Below are positions 1 through 9,185 of a stretch of DNA of 44,536 nucleotides, piece by piece. The translations under genes were made by a program, and so were the position numbers. The notes below the pieces were generated by a model that was not told where the DNA came from, searched no databases, and saw nothing but the letters and a program-made list of their open reading frames with translations. Location of the stretch: the NCBI GenBank assembly GCA_964616615.1, contig CAZTRJ010000005.1, positions 1 through 44,536 on the forward strand, read 5' to 3'. Source of the stretch: an uncultured Dehalococcoidales bacterium. Lineage in GTDB: Bacteria; Chloroflexota; Dehalococcoidia; Dehalococcoidales; DAOVUZ01. Within the stretch, counting starts at the first letter, position 1. The number at the start of each line of letters is the position of its first letter.

Positions 1-2
1 GA

Positions 3-278
3 TACAACAATGCTAAATACTCTGTCTGGATAGAGTCAATCAGGAATGTTGTCATACAGGTATTCGGAAGAGAGTCATCTGAATATCAGAAATTAGCAAC
101 TCGCTATAAAATCTCGGGTTCATACGAAGAAGAATTCCAAGACTCCTATAAACGAAATTTGCGAAAGCAAACGATAGCTATAAATTCTATTATACAGACC
201 TGGAAAAAATCAGGATTTGAAACCGAAACAAAGGGAGGTTCAGAACCACCAGAAGCCTTTACTGCAAAGCCAGACTAG
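3..278 (+). CDS. 3' part of an AT-rich hypothetical protein, truncated by the window edge
   Basis: Open frame from position 3 (YNNAKYSVWIESIRNVVIQVFGRESSEY...PPEAFTAKPD) to TAG at 276-278; no start codon in the window. Confidence 0.6.
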   Translation, partial: YNNAKYSVWIESIRNVVIQVFGRESSEYQKLATRYKISGSYEEEFQDSYKRNLRKQTIAINSIIQTWKKSGFETETKGGSEPPEAFTAKPD

Positions 279-326
279 AAAACCATTGAGGGTGAAAAGG
301 TGCTTACCACTTTGCTTACCAGTGGT

Positions 327-356
327 TTGATTGAAAGTGCTATTTTATCGTATAAT
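327..356 (+). promoter_or_regulatory. sigma70-type promoter of tRNA-Met
   Basis: TTGATT-18 nt-TATAAT, 10 nt upstream of the tRNA. Confidence 0.55.
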
Positions 357-366
357 AAGCGTGAAT

Positions 367-438
367 GGCAGCGTAGCTCAGGGGTAGAGCAGAAGACTCA
401 TAAGCTTTTGGTCGTGGGTTCGAATCCCTCCGCTGCCA
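367..438 (+). tRNA. tRNA-Met(CAT), elongator type (Ile2 not fully excluded)
   Basis: GGCAGCG/CGCTGCC acceptor stem, TAGCTCAG D arm, CTCATAA anticodon loop, GGTTCGAATCC T loop; G1-C72 paired so not initiator; CCA not encoded. Confidence 0.92.
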
Positions 439-486
439 GTTATTTTTCATTATGCTTCAGCCGCCTCTCCTCTTTATTACCCTGCC

Positions 487-1335
487 TTATGCTGCTCCCT
501 TTTCCCTAAAAACCACCGCCAGAGCCCCGGGACCAGTATGTACCCCCAGCATAGGTCCTACCCTGGCTAATTTAATCTGCTCTTTGGCAAATATGTTGCC
601 TATACGCTCTCCCAAGGTTTGGGCTTCATCAGGTGTAGTGTTATACACCACGGCTAAATCCTGAACATTTGACGCACTTTTTATAAAATCAAATAACCGG
701 TCTATACCCTTAGCCCGACTGCGAACCTGACCAGTCGGCACTACCTCCCCATCTTTAAAGGTAAGCACCGGTTTTACATTTAATATTGAGCCCAGTAGCG
801 CCTTTGCCTGACCAATGCGCCCGCCCCGGAGCAGGTACTCAAGGGTATCAAGGAGAAAGAGTAAATGTATATTGGGAATAGCCTGCTTTACCTCTTCCAC
901 TACCGCCGGTAAATCTCCTCCAGCCTTAGCCACAGTGGCAGCCGCTATATCTATCAATCCCAGACCCATTGATGTTACTTGTGAGTCAACCACCTCAATG
1001 GGGCACCCCTTCTCTATCATCTCCTTACCCTGCAGTGCCGAGTTGCAGGTGCCACTTAATTTAGCCGAGATGTGGATAGAAACAATCCCATCAGCCTCCA
1101 GTGATAGTTTCTGATAGACATTGGCAAAATCCTGTGGTGTCGGCTGAATGGTGCTGGGGTGGATAGGGTCGCGTAACAACCTCTGATAAAACTCATCTTC
1201 GCTGATATCGACCCGGTCACGATAGACCTCTTCCCCAAAACGCACATATAAGGGGACCACTGTAATCCCCAGCTCTTGAACTAATGGGGCAGGCAGGTCA
1301 GCGCTGCTATCGGTAACTATTTTTACGGTCATCAT
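487..1335 (-). CDS. degV: DegV family fatty-acid-binding protein
   Basis: IVTDSSADL, HISAKLSGT, LEYLLRGGRIG, LGVHTGPG motifs. Confidence 0.95.
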   Translation of the reverse strand: MMTVKIVTDSSADLPAPLVQELGITVVPLYVRFGEEVYRDRVDISEDEFYQRLLRDPIHPSTIQPTPQDFANVYQKLSLEADGIVSIHISAKLSGTCNSALQGKEMIEKGCPIEVVDSQVTSMGLGLIDIAAATVAKAGGDLPAVVEEVKQAIPNIHLLFLLDTLEYLLRGGRIGQAKALLGSILNVKPVLTFKDGEVVPTGQVRSRAKGIDRLFDFIKSASNVQDLAVVYNTTPDEAQTLGERIGNIFAKEQIKLARVGPMLGVHTGPGALAVVFREKGAA

Positions 1336-1389
1336 CCCCCCTTCACATTTAGTAACTGAAGATTCCTTTCCTCACCTGAAGTTGGTTAA

Positions 1390-1417
1390 ATTATAGAGTC
1401 TTTATCCATTTTGTCAA
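1390..1417 (-). promoter_or_regulatory. sigma70-type promoter of degV
   Basis: TTGACA-16 nt-TATAAT on the minus strand. Confidence 0.6.
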
Positions 1418-1453
1418 TTCAGCATCCTTCTGGCTAATGCCAGCGGTAGATAA

Positions 1454-1969
1454 TCAATCTATATTTTCCTGTTGATAGGCTCCATGGTAGCCTTCTGTCT
1501 CCTCAGTTAGCCTCAGGAAAATGAGCTGCACAATCCTGGCATTCCTCTGTAAGCGAAACCCCTGAGGATTATAGACCACCATCAGAGATTGGGAACGACC
1601 AGAGTAGCCAGCATCCCATACCGCAGTATTCACAGTAACACCACAACGAAGCAGGCTTGACCGGGGCGTAGCTAGCGCCATAATATTCGTGGGTAAGTGA
1701 ACAACCTCATTGTAGGTAATAACATAAACACCGGGCATCAGGTCAATAAAACCCATTCCATCAAATACTAGCGGCGCTAAACTAGATACCAGTCTCTGGC
1801 TGTCTTCAACTGCTATCTTACCCGATGACTGGAGCAAAGCGACTTCACGCAGGGTAAAGTCAATGCCATTAGGCTGCACCTGCTCCTCAAGGTTAATACC
1901 GCCTTCTACCAGAGGTGGCTGCTGCTGGACTAACCTTTGAATATCCTGCCTGGATAAAATAGCTGTCAT
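1454..1969 (-). CDS. dut: trimeric dUTPase / dCTP-deaminase-like protein (archaeal-type dUTPase)
   Basis: QPNGIDFTL, PRSSLLRCG, WDAGYSG, RIVQL, C-terminal YxGxYQ. Confidence 0.85.
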   Translation of the reverse strand: MTAILSRQDIQRLVQQQPPLVEGGINLEEQVQPNGIDFTLREVALLQSSGKIAVEDSQRLVSSLAPLVFDGMGFIDLMPGVYVITYNEVVHLPTNIMALATPRSSLLRCGVTVNTAVWDAGYSGRSQSLMVVYNPQGFRLQRNARIVQLIFLRLTEETEGYHGAYQQENID

Positions 1970-1982
1970 TTATAAGCCCTCT

Positions 1983-2465
1983 CTAACCCAAATAGCTTAT
2001 TCGGGATGAGGGTCTTTTCTTTAGGTCAACCTCTATGTCGGCTTCCTTGAACAGGTCAACAAACGCATTATCGTCATACTTGCCGAAACTAACATATCGC
2101 TTTATCCTGGCATTCACCAGCATTTTGCTGCACAGCACGCATGGGGTATGGGTGGCATAAATAGTGCTCCCCTCAAGGCTAACGCCGTGGAGAGTAGCCT
2201 GTATGATTACATTTTGCTCGGCGTGAATGCCCCGGCATATTTCCTGCCTTGTCCCTGACGGTATGTTCAACTCATCTCTGAGACAGCCGAGCTCAAGGCA
2301 GTCCTTAGCGCCGGAAGGGGCACCATTATAGCCCGTAGCCAGTATATGCTTATTCTTTACTGCCACTGCCCCGACGTGATGACGTCGGCAGGTTGAGCGT
2401 TCCGCCACCACCGAGGCTATCTTTAAAAAATACTCATCGCTATCCGGTCTGGTCAATCTTTTCAT
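1983..2465 (-). CDS. dCMP deaminase family protein (ComEB-like)
   Basis: RSTC, ATGYNG, HAEQN and PCVLC zinc motifs. Confidence 0.9.
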   Translation of the reverse strand: MKRLTRPDSDEYFLKIASVVAERSTCRRHHVGAVAVKNKHILATGYNGAPSGAKDCLELGCLRDELNIPSGTRQEICRGIHAEQNVIIQATLHGVSLEGSTIYATHTPCVLCSKMLVNARIKRYVSFGKYDDNAFVDLFKEADIEVDLKKRPSSRISYLG

Positions 2466-3004
2466 CTTAATCCAGAGATAATCCTTTTTGATTCTCGCCT
2501 CAGATTTTCTAAGGAAGATTCATTGATGATAGTGAAGTCAGCCATAGCAATAGGTCCACCCTTATTAAGATTCTCAACCTCCGCCCTATCCCGGCTGGCA
2601 GCCTCTTCCACGGTCAGCCCTCGGTTTAATCTACTGGTCAGCCGAGCATACCTTGTTTGCGGCGATGCCCAAACTGCTACCACACAAAAGTCTTCCTTAT
2701 AATAACCCTTCAAATAAGTATACTCCTCCCAGGAGTAAAGCCCATCAACTACCACATCCGAATGTTTCAGCGCTGAGTCAATTCGGGGTTGATTCAGCCG
2801 GGCATAAGCCGACATCCCGTGCTCTTGCCTCAGCAGTTCTCTGATATAGCGCTCATTTTCCTCGTTTAGCTCTAAACCCCTCTGCTTAATTTCTTCGTCG
2901 GTTACATCGCCGAACCTTATCCTAGTAAAACCATTCTCCTCAAATACTTGGGCAACTTCCGATTTGCCAGCGCCGGTCATCCCCACAATTGACACCACTA
3001 TCAT
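2462..3004 (-). CDS. P-loop NMP-kinase / dephospho-CoA-kinase-like protein (UPF0200-like)
   Basis: GMTGAGKS Walker A, VVVDG, RYARL..R lid, ADFTIINE; ATGA overlap with the deaminase. Confidence 0.75.
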   Translation of the reverse strand: MIVVSIVGMTGAGKSEVAQVFEENGFTRIRFGDVTDEEIKQRGLELNEENERYIRELLRQEHGMSAYARLNQPRIDSALKHSDVVVDGLYSWEEYTYLKGYYKEDFCVVAVWASPQTRYARLTSRLNRGLTVEEAASRDRAEVENLNKGGPIAMADFTIINESSLENLRRESKRIISGLR

Positions 3005-3098
3005 AATTTATACCTTTATCGGGCTCATTATAAGCAAATAGCTGGCGGATAACAACCTGTGATATAATTCAGATTAAATTGCACTTGATAAAACAAGA

Positions 3099-4358
3099 AT
3101 GCCTGAGATTATTAACTTAGCCAGCAAAATTGAGAGACAGCTACCAGCCGAGCCGGTTAGTTTTATACGATTAGCCGGTGAGATGGCTCAAAGTCAAGGG
3201 CAAAACCTGTACCTTGTCGGTGGTGTGGTTCGTGACCTGCTCCTGGAACAAACCAACCTTGACCTTGACCTGGTATTAGAAGGTAATGCCATAGATTTAG
3301 CCCGAAGGTTAGCCAAGATTAACCAGGGGAAAATCACAATCCACCCCCGTTTCGGCACCGCTAAACTGCGATGGAATAAATGGAGTATTGACCTAGCTAC
3401 CGCCCGTTCCGAGACCTATATTAAGCCCGGAGCCTTACCCAGTGTGGAGCCGGGCTCTATTGATAGCGACCTTTTTCGGCGTGACTTCACCATCAACACC
3501 ATGGCTGTTTACCTTAATCCCAGCCACTACGGCGAGTTGATTGACCGCTATAGGGGGAGGGATGACCTTGAGCATAGACTTATACGCATTCTACACGAAA
3601 AGAGCTTCACTGATGATGCCACCCGTATCTGGCGTGGTTTGCGTTACGAGCAACGGCTGGACTTTCAACTGGAATCAAACACCCTCAAGCTACTTAAACG
3701 AGATATACCGATGCTGGATACCATCAGCGGCGACCGAATACGACACGAGCTGGAGCTCATATTAACCGAAAAATACCCGGAGAAAGTCCTGCGCCGGGCT
3801 GAGGAGCTAGAGGTGCTGCCCAAACTACACCCGGCGCTAAAGGGCAATGGCTGGCTGGCCGAAAAATTTGAGCAAGCCAGGCAGTTAAGCTCTCCCGATT
3901 TACCACCGATAGAACTCTACCTGGCACTTATGGCTTATCACTTAAGCGATGAAGCCAATGAGCAGTTTATTTCACGCCTCAGATTACCCAAATCATTAAC
4001 CCAAACCCTTCGGGATACTAATAGCCTCAAACCCAAACTTGAGTCGCTGGCTGACCCTGAACTTGACCGAAGTAGTATCTATCGCCTTCTCCACGGCTAT
4101 TATTTACCAGCAATTACGGCTAATTCTTTAGCCGGTGACTCTTCTGTAGCCCGCCAGCACATTCACTTATTCCTAGACGAACTACGTTATGTCAAGTCAT
4201 CCCTCACCGGTGACGACCTGAAAAGGATGGGGGTAGCCTCTGGTCCCCAGATTAAGGAAATACTCCAGCGACTACATAAAGCCAGGCTGGATGGGAAGGT
4301 AACAACCAAGCGAGGGGAGGAGGATTTGGTGGAGGGGTGGCTGGCCAGGAAGAGATAG
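3099..4358 (+). CDS. cca: class II tRNA nucleotidyltransferase (CCA- or A-adding)
   Basis: VGGVVRD, DLDL, DLFRRDFTIN, SFTDDATRIWRG. Confidence 0.9.
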   Translation: MPEIINLASKIERQLPAEPVSFIRLAGEMAQSQGQNLYLVGGVVRDLLLEQTNLDLDLVLEGNAIDLARRLAKINQGKITIHPRFGTAKLRWNKWSIDLATARSETYIKPGALPSVEPGSIDSDLFRRDFTINTMAVYLNPSHYGELIDRYRGRDDLEHRLIRILHEKSFTDDATRIWRGLRYEQRLDFQLESNTLKLLKRDIPMLDTISGDRIRHELELILTEKYPEKVLRRAEELEVLPKLHPALKGNGWLAEKFEQARQLSSPDLPPIELYLALMAYHLSDEANEQFISRLRLPKSLTQTLRDTNSLKPKLESLADPELDRSSIYRLLHGYYLPAITANSLAGDSSVARQHIHLFLDELRYVKSSLTGDDLKRMGVASGPQIKEILQRLHKARLDGKVTTKRGEEDLVEGWLARKR

Positions 4359-4373
4359 AAGCTGTTCCGTCTG

Positions 4374-4456
4374 AACCCCTCACCCTTTATCCCTCTCCCC
4401 TTATAAAGGGAAGAGGGAATTTATTTTTTAAAGGGGCTTCGCCCCTTTTAATCCCC
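4374..4456. repeat. G/C-run palindromic intergenic repeat, copy 1
   Basis: CCCTTTATCCCTCTCCCCTT..AAGGGAAGAGGG hairpin plus AGGGGCTTCGCCCCT (4432-4446), between convergent genes. Confidence 0.85.
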
Positions 4457-4469
4457 TTACCAAATAAAC

Positions 4470-4973
4470 TTACTCCACACGCTTAAATACCTTGCAGGGG
4501 GCACCACAGATGGGGCATACCTCCGGGGCTTCCCCGGCTACAATGTGGCCACAGACCTGACAGACAAAGTAAGGCTCGTCCTTTAGCTGCCCTCGCGCCT
4601 CAAGGGTTTCAAGCGCCTTCTGGTATAGTTCGTGATGGACTTTCTCTACCTCATTGGCGAACTCGAAACTAAGCTGAGCCCTCTTATTATTTTCCGACTC
4701 TGCCTGATTAATGAAAGCGGGATACATCTGGGTAAACTCGTAGTTTTCTCCCTTGATAGCCGCTCCCAGATTATCCTTGGTTTCCCCGAAGCCACCTATA
4801 GCCCTAAGGTGACTGCGGGCATGAACCGTCTCCGCATCAGCCGTTGCCCGAAATAATCTGGCTATCTGGGGATGACACTCCTTTTCCGCCTTGTCAGCAA
4901 AGAACAGGTAGCGGCAGTTAGCCTGGCTTTCTCCGGCAAAAGCTTCCTGCAAATTCTCCTGTGTGTCGCTCAT
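4470..4973 (-). CDS. rbr: rubrerythrin
   Basis: FAGESQA, ETVHA, GENYE, EKVHH diiron motifs plus C-terminal CQVC...CPIC rubredoxin domain. Confidence 0.93.
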   Translation of the reverse strand: MSDTQENLQEAFAGESQANCRYLFFADKAEKECHPQIARLFRATADAETVHARSHLRAIGGFGETKDNLGAAIKGENYEFTQMYPAFINQAESENNKRAQLSFEFANEVEKVHHELYQKALETLEARGQLKDEPYFVCQVCGHIVAGEAPEVCPICGAPCKVFKRVE

Positions 4974-5014
4974 TTAAGACCTCCTTTATTTAATAAAATC
5001 CAATTATAGCTTAT

Positions 5015-5890
5015 TCACTCTATCTTTTCTACCGTGGTTAAAGTATCAGTTAGATAGGATTCCAGCCCCTGTTGCTGGAGGCGAAGATATAGCTCCTCAG
5101 CCTGAGCCTTATCTTCTAACATGGTGAACAGAGCCGGTCCCGAGCCAGCGAGGTGAACTTGTTGGGCGCCGGCTTCCATGAATTGCTGCCAGTATTCCCC
5201 CAGTCCGGTAAAGCGAGCAAGGGCAACACCATCAAACACATTAAAGATATTGCTTACCAACCTCTCCCCCTTCAAACTTCCCCCGGTCAATAATGCGACA
5301 AGCCTCTCTGTAACCTGCCCATCGGTATAGTGGCTGGCTTTAAGACAGGCGTAAAGCTGTTTTGTCTTCCCTGACAATCTAGGCACATCCGGCACCATCA
5401 GCACCACCCACATACGGGGTAAGGGGGGTAAGGGGGTTACCATCTCACCCCTACCCTTGACCACCGCCGTGCCACCGTAAACAAAAAAGGCTACATCCGA
5501 ACCCAACTGTGAGGCTAACTCCAGCAATTCCGGTGGTGATAAGCCCAACCCCCAGAGCTTATTGAGCCCGCGCAAAGTAGCGGCGGCATCACTGCTATCG
5601 CCACCCAATCCTGAAACCAACGGGATACGCTTGGTAACCTCTATTATTGCCCCGCTGGAGCACCATGTAGCCTCCCCAAGCAAGCTAGTTGCCCTAGATA
5701 CCAGACTATCCTCTGGAATCAACTCAGGCACACTGGACTTAAACTCAATATTCGGGCTCAACTGGAAGCAGAGGCTATCACATAGATTTATGGTCTGAAT
5801 AACACTGCGGATTTCGTGAAAGCCGTCACGGCGTTGAGCCAGAACCTCAAGGGTCAGGTTTAACTTAGCTGGCGCCAGAACAGTCAGCAT
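5015..5890 (-). CDS. ispE: 4-diphosphocytidyl-2-C-methyl-D-erythritol kinase
   Basis: APAKLNLTL, KRIPLVSGLGGDSSDAA, LGSDVAFF, LAGSGP; start placed at MLTVLAP. Confidence 0.93.
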   Translation of the reverse strand: MLTVLAPAKLNLTLEVLAQRRDGFHEIRSVIQTINLCDSLCFQLSPNIEFKSSVPELIPEDSLVSRATSLLGEATWCSSGAIIEVTKRIPLVSGLGGDSSDAAATLRGLNKLWGLGLSPPELLELASQLGSDVAFFVYGGTAVVKGRGEMVTPLPPLPRMWVVLMVPDVPRLSGKTKQLYACLKASHYTDGQVTERLVALLTGGSLKGERLVSNIFNVFDGVALARFTGLGEYWQQFMEAGAQQVHLAGSGPALFTMLEDKAQAEELYLRLQQQGLESYLTDTLTTVEKIE

Positions 5891-6806
5891 GCGATTCTCC
5901 GAGGCGGGTAAATACCTGCCACAGTTGTGCCCACTCATCAAGGGTCAGGGTCTCCGCCCGCCGCTGTGGCACAATACTTGCCCTTCCCAATAAGGATGAA
6001 ACCTCAGGCTTTGATAGTCCCAGACCCTGGGCTAAAGAATTGCCTATCTGTTTGCGGGAGGCAGTAAAACCAGCCCGCACCAGCCCAAAAAAGCTGCCTT
6101 CATCGGTTACCGCCACCGCTGGCTGAGGATATACATCAACCTGCAGTATAGCCGAATCAACCTCCGGCGCCGGATAAAAACACTGAGCTGGCACATTGCT
6201 GATTATCCTTGGCTCCCCATAAAACTGCACACTGATACTGAGCAGGCTCATCTGACCAGGCTCAGCCACGATAGCCTCGGCTACCTCCTTTTGCACCATT
6301 ACCACCATGATCTGAGGCTTAACTGATGCCTCAAGGAAATGGCGTAAGACAGGAGCGGTAATATAATAAGGAAGGTTAGCCACTACCTTGTAGTTAAAAG
6401 GGTTATTTATTGCTGGAGGAAACCCGGTCTTTTGCTCCTGGAGTAAATCTTCCGGATTAATACCAAGTATATCCTCATTGATGATAGTAACATTATCAAA
6501 AGGAGCCAGGGTCTGTTCTAGGATAGCCGCCAGCTTGCTATCCAGCTCAATAGCAACCACCCAACCGGCTTGCCTGGCTAGCTCGGTGGTCAATACTCCC
6601 AGACCAGGCCCTATTTCCATAATAACATCGGCAGGGGTAAGCTCGGCGGCGGAAGTAACAAGCCCGAGCACCTCCCTATCAATAAGGAAGTGCTGCCCCA
6701 GTCCTTTTCTTGCCTTGAGGTCAAAGTGGCGCAACAATCCTCTGGTTTCAGCTAAAAGTGATTCTGCCTTTGGGCGATGCCTTCTACTGGCTACTTTTTT
6801 AGCCAC
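5865..6806 (-). CDS. rsmA: 16S rRNA A1518/A1519 dimethyltransferase
   Basis: LGQHFL, EIGPGLG, ANLPYYIT, FYPAPEVDS, RAETL. Confidence 0.95.
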   Translation of the reverse strand: MAKKVASRRHRPKAESLLAETRGLLRHFDLKARKGLGQHFLIDREVLGLVTSAAELTPADVIMEIGPGLGVLTTELARQAGWVVAIELDSKLAAILEQTLAPFDNVTIINEDILGINPEDLLQEQKTGFPPAINNPFNYKVVANLPYYITAPVLRHFLEASVKPQIMVVMVQKEVAEAIVAEPGQMSLLSISVQFYGEPRIISNVPAQCFYPAPEVDSAILQVDVYPQPAVAVTDEGSFFGLVRAGFTASRKQIGNSLAQGLGLSKPEVSSLLGRASIVPQRRAETLTLDEWAQLWQVFTRLGESHADCSGAS

Positions 6807-6831
6807 CTACTGCCCTACCACAAAAATTAAT

Positions 6832-7102
6832 GAGGTCGTGCACCTACCCTTGACCTCGCCTCATAGCTTGCCCCAGCCAGCCAGCTCCAGCCAGGTAGCC
6901 CTACGGCACCCAGAAGCTACTACTTACCGCTGCTTCCTCTCAGACCTGACGGGGTTCATAGTGCTCTGCCGCGTAGGACCCAGCCTTCAACACCACTTAG
7001 CCCAGGCAGTCCTACCAGACAAAGGCCTCAAGCAGGAATTCAACCCTGCTATAGCGGGTTGCAGGTTCAGGGCACCGCTAGCTCCCCATCTAGCACGACC
7101 TC
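6832..7102 (-). ncRNA. ffs: large (Alu-containing) bacterial SRP RNA
   Basis: Minus strand reads GAGGTCGTGCTAGATGGGGAGCTAGCGGTGCCCTG..AACCCGCTATAGCAGGG (Alu domain) and TCAGGTCTGAGAGGAAGCAGC (helix 8); ends GAGGTCGTGC/GCACGACCTC pair. Confidence 0.93.
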
Positions 7103-7108
7103 GGAAAA

Positions 7109-7137
7109 ATCCTAATCGGTCTGTGGTTCTTTGTCAA
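7109..7137 (-). promoter_or_regulatory. sigma70 promoter of SRP RNA (probably also rsmA-ispE)
   Basis: TTGACA-17 nt-TAGGAT, 6 nt upstream of the RNA. Confidence 0.75.
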
Positions 7138-7159
7138 GCCAGAAGTTTGTGCCCGATGA

Positions 7160-7894
7160 TTACATTCCATAATTGAGGCGAGCCACCAGGCGCACAGGTA
7201 ATCTATACTCTACCATCCTGGCTTGCGTAACCCCTATATTATAAGGAATACGGTAGAGACTGATAGTCCCGGCTTTACTATCGTAGATGGCATAGCTGGC
7301 TCGGGGGTCACCATCCCTGGGTTGTCCCACCCCACCAGGGTTAATAATCAACCGGTTCTGGGCAAGCCCAAGCACCCCCTCAGCCGGGAACTGACTAAGG
7401 GAACAGACACCAGCCTCACTATACTCAAATATTAAAGGCACATGAGAATGACCTACCAGGCAGAATTGCGACTGAAAGCAAGTAAAATTTTCCCTGGCGC
7501 TGGTGGTTGATAGCAGGTATTCCCAGATAGGCTCCCTGGGGCTACCATGCACCAGGGTAAAATCACCCCTCTCAACAACTAATGGCAGGCTCTCAAGATA
7601 CTGTATATCCTCAGGGGTTAGTTGCTGCCCTGTCCAGCGACAGGCGGCAGCGGCATCGGGGTTAAAATCGGAGGTATCGAGCTTACCTATGGCTGCCCAA
7701 TCGTGATTCCCGGCCACGCAGACATGGTTATATTGGCATAAAAGCTCAATACACTGGTGCGGGTCGGGACCATAGCCGACAACATCTCCTAAACACCACA
7801 CCTCCTCCACCCCTCCCCTGCCGTCAATGTCCTTCAACACTGCAGTAAAAGCAGACAGATTAGAATGGATATCAGCAATAATTGCGTAGCGCAT
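7160..7894 (-). CDS. metallophosphoesterase family protein
   Basis: DIHSN, GDVVGYG, GNHD, HGSP, GHSH, NPGGVGQPRD; start at MRYAII. Confidence 0.9.
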   Translation of the reverse strand: MRYAIIADIHSNLSAFTAVLKDIDGRGGVEEVWCLGDVVGYGPDPHQCIELLCQYNHVCVAGNHDWAAIGKLDTSDFNPDAAAACRWTGQQLTPEDIQYLESLPLVVERGDFTLVHGSPREPIWEYLLSTTSARENFTCFQSQFCLVGHSHVPLIFEYSEAGVCSLSQFPAEGVLGLAQNRLIINPGGVGQPRDGDPRASYAIYDSKAGTISLYRIPYNIGVTQARMVEYRLPVRLVARLNYGM

Positions 7895-8061
7895 ATATAA
7901 AACTATAACAGCTTTTGCGGGAGATGAGAAGAGGGGATTGTTGTTCAAGCACAAGCCTTGTATGGTATTTTAAATAATCAAGTGTTTGCTATTAGACAAT
8001 GCGTTGCTGCTGTTTCCTAAAGTCATTCGATGGTATAATCCTTTATGAGGGGGAATCACTC

Positions 8062-8904
8062 ATGGCAATCTACCTTAAACACCTTCATAGGCGTTTGGCG
8101 AGGGCAAGGAAGCACCTGAACGATTTCGAGCGTCAAGCCACTAAATACCTCACTAGTGCGCAGAAAAAAGTGGTGACCGAGATAGATAGTGATGGAGTTA
8201 ATCAATTCAAGCGGTATAAGGTGAAGGGTATCAAAGAACCTCCATTGAGATTGAGCTTTATTGTTGGGGATTGTATCCATAACCTTCGTTCTATTCTGGA
8301 CAACCTTGTTTGGCAACTTGGGGTTCTGTCGGGATGCTCCAAGACGAAACTGGGTGATTTGGCTTTTCCTGCCTACAAAGGTAGCACTGATTTTGATGCT
8401 TGGAAGAAAAAGTTCCATCGCCTCCCTCAATCTGCTATAGACCTCATTGGAAGTCTCCAACCCTACCAGCCGTACAAAGGAAGGAACGACCCAGACTCGC
8501 ATCCTCTCTGGATTCTCAATCGCCTCTGGAACGATGACAAACATCGAAGCCCCACCCTTATGCTGGTCATCCCTAAGAGTGTAGCTGTCACCATAACAGG
8601 CCCCATGCACACTATCAAGTTGCCAAATGGTCGGTTGGTACGTGGAGTTAAGGTTAGCAGCCCTGTCGGTAGACCCATCCGTATGTCCACAGGGGACAGA
8701 CTTCAAGACGGCCAGACAATCATAACTATACCCTTTGGCATTGGTGAGCCTGAGCCACAACTCAAAGCCATGGTCTCCTTCGATATAGCTTTCGACAAAG
8801 GGGGACCAGCCAAGGGGCAACTTGCCTCCAAGTGCATCAGAAATCTTCACGACTTTGTTCGTGACGAAGTGCTCACCCCGTTTGAGCCTATCTTCCCAAA
8901 ATAA
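8062..8904 (+). CDS. hypothetical protein, possibly HEPN-like (Cthe_2314-related fold)
   Basis: GAGGGGG SD and own TGGTATAAT -10; GDCIHNLRSILDNL and LNRLWNDDKHR motifs; family call is tentative. Confidence 0.6.
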   Translation: MAIYLKHLHRRLARARKHLNDFERQATKYLTSAQKKVVTEIDSDGVNQFKRYKVKGIKEPPLRLSFIVGDCIHNLRSILDNLVWQLGVLSGCSKTKLGDLAFPAYKGSTDFDAWKKKFHRLPQSAIDLIGSLQPYQPYKGRNDPDSHPLWILNRLWNDDKHRSPTLMLVIPKSVAVTITGPMHTIKLPNGRLVRGVKVSSPVGRPIRMSTGDRLQDGQTIITIPFGIGEPEPQLKAMVSFDIAFDKGGPAKGQLASKCIRNLHDFVRDEVLTPFEPIFPK

Positions 8905-8948
8905 ACTAGGGTTACTCATCCCCCCAACCCCCTCCACTCAAACGGGAG

Positions 8949-8963
8949 TTTCGCAACAAGCTC
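8949..8963. mobile_element. isolated copy of the terminal inverted repeat (right-end orientation)
   Basis: TTTCGCAACAAGCTC matches the ends at 9111-9125 and 9619-9633. Confidence 0.65.
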
Positions 8964-9017
8964 TATATAGCCTGTCTTATCAGGTAAATGCTATAAAAAC
9001 CGAGAAAGTGGGTGTCT

Positions 9018-9090
9018 AAGAGGGGCTTCGCCCCTCTTTTTATTATCTTCCCCCTCCCTTGATAAGGGAGGGGGATAAAGGGGGTGGGTT
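9018..9090. repeat. G/C-run palindromic repeat, copy 2 (reverse orientation)
   Basis: AGGGGCTTCGCCCCT (9021-9035), then CCCCCTCCCTTGATAAGGGAGGGGG ATAAAGGGGG. Confidence 0.85.
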
Positions 9091-9134
9091 CCCTAATAAA
9101 AAGCTAATTTTAGCTTGTTGCGAAATGCTTTGGC

Positions 9135-9162
9135 TTGACGCCACCTATCTTAGTGGTATAAT
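9135..9162 (+). promoter_or_regulatory. promoter of the GIY-YIG gene, overlapping the inner end of the left inverted repeat
   Basis: TTGACG-16 nt-TATAAT with extended TG. Confidence 0.7.
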
Positions 9163-9185
9163 CCACGCTACAAGGGAGGTGCTTT

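Noticed and set aside
300-509. 69-aa ORF
   Set aside because: Overlaps tRNA-Met and its promoter; spurious.
6478-7176. 232-aa plus-strand ORF
   Set aside because: Antisense to rsmA and the SRP RNA; no recognisable motifs.
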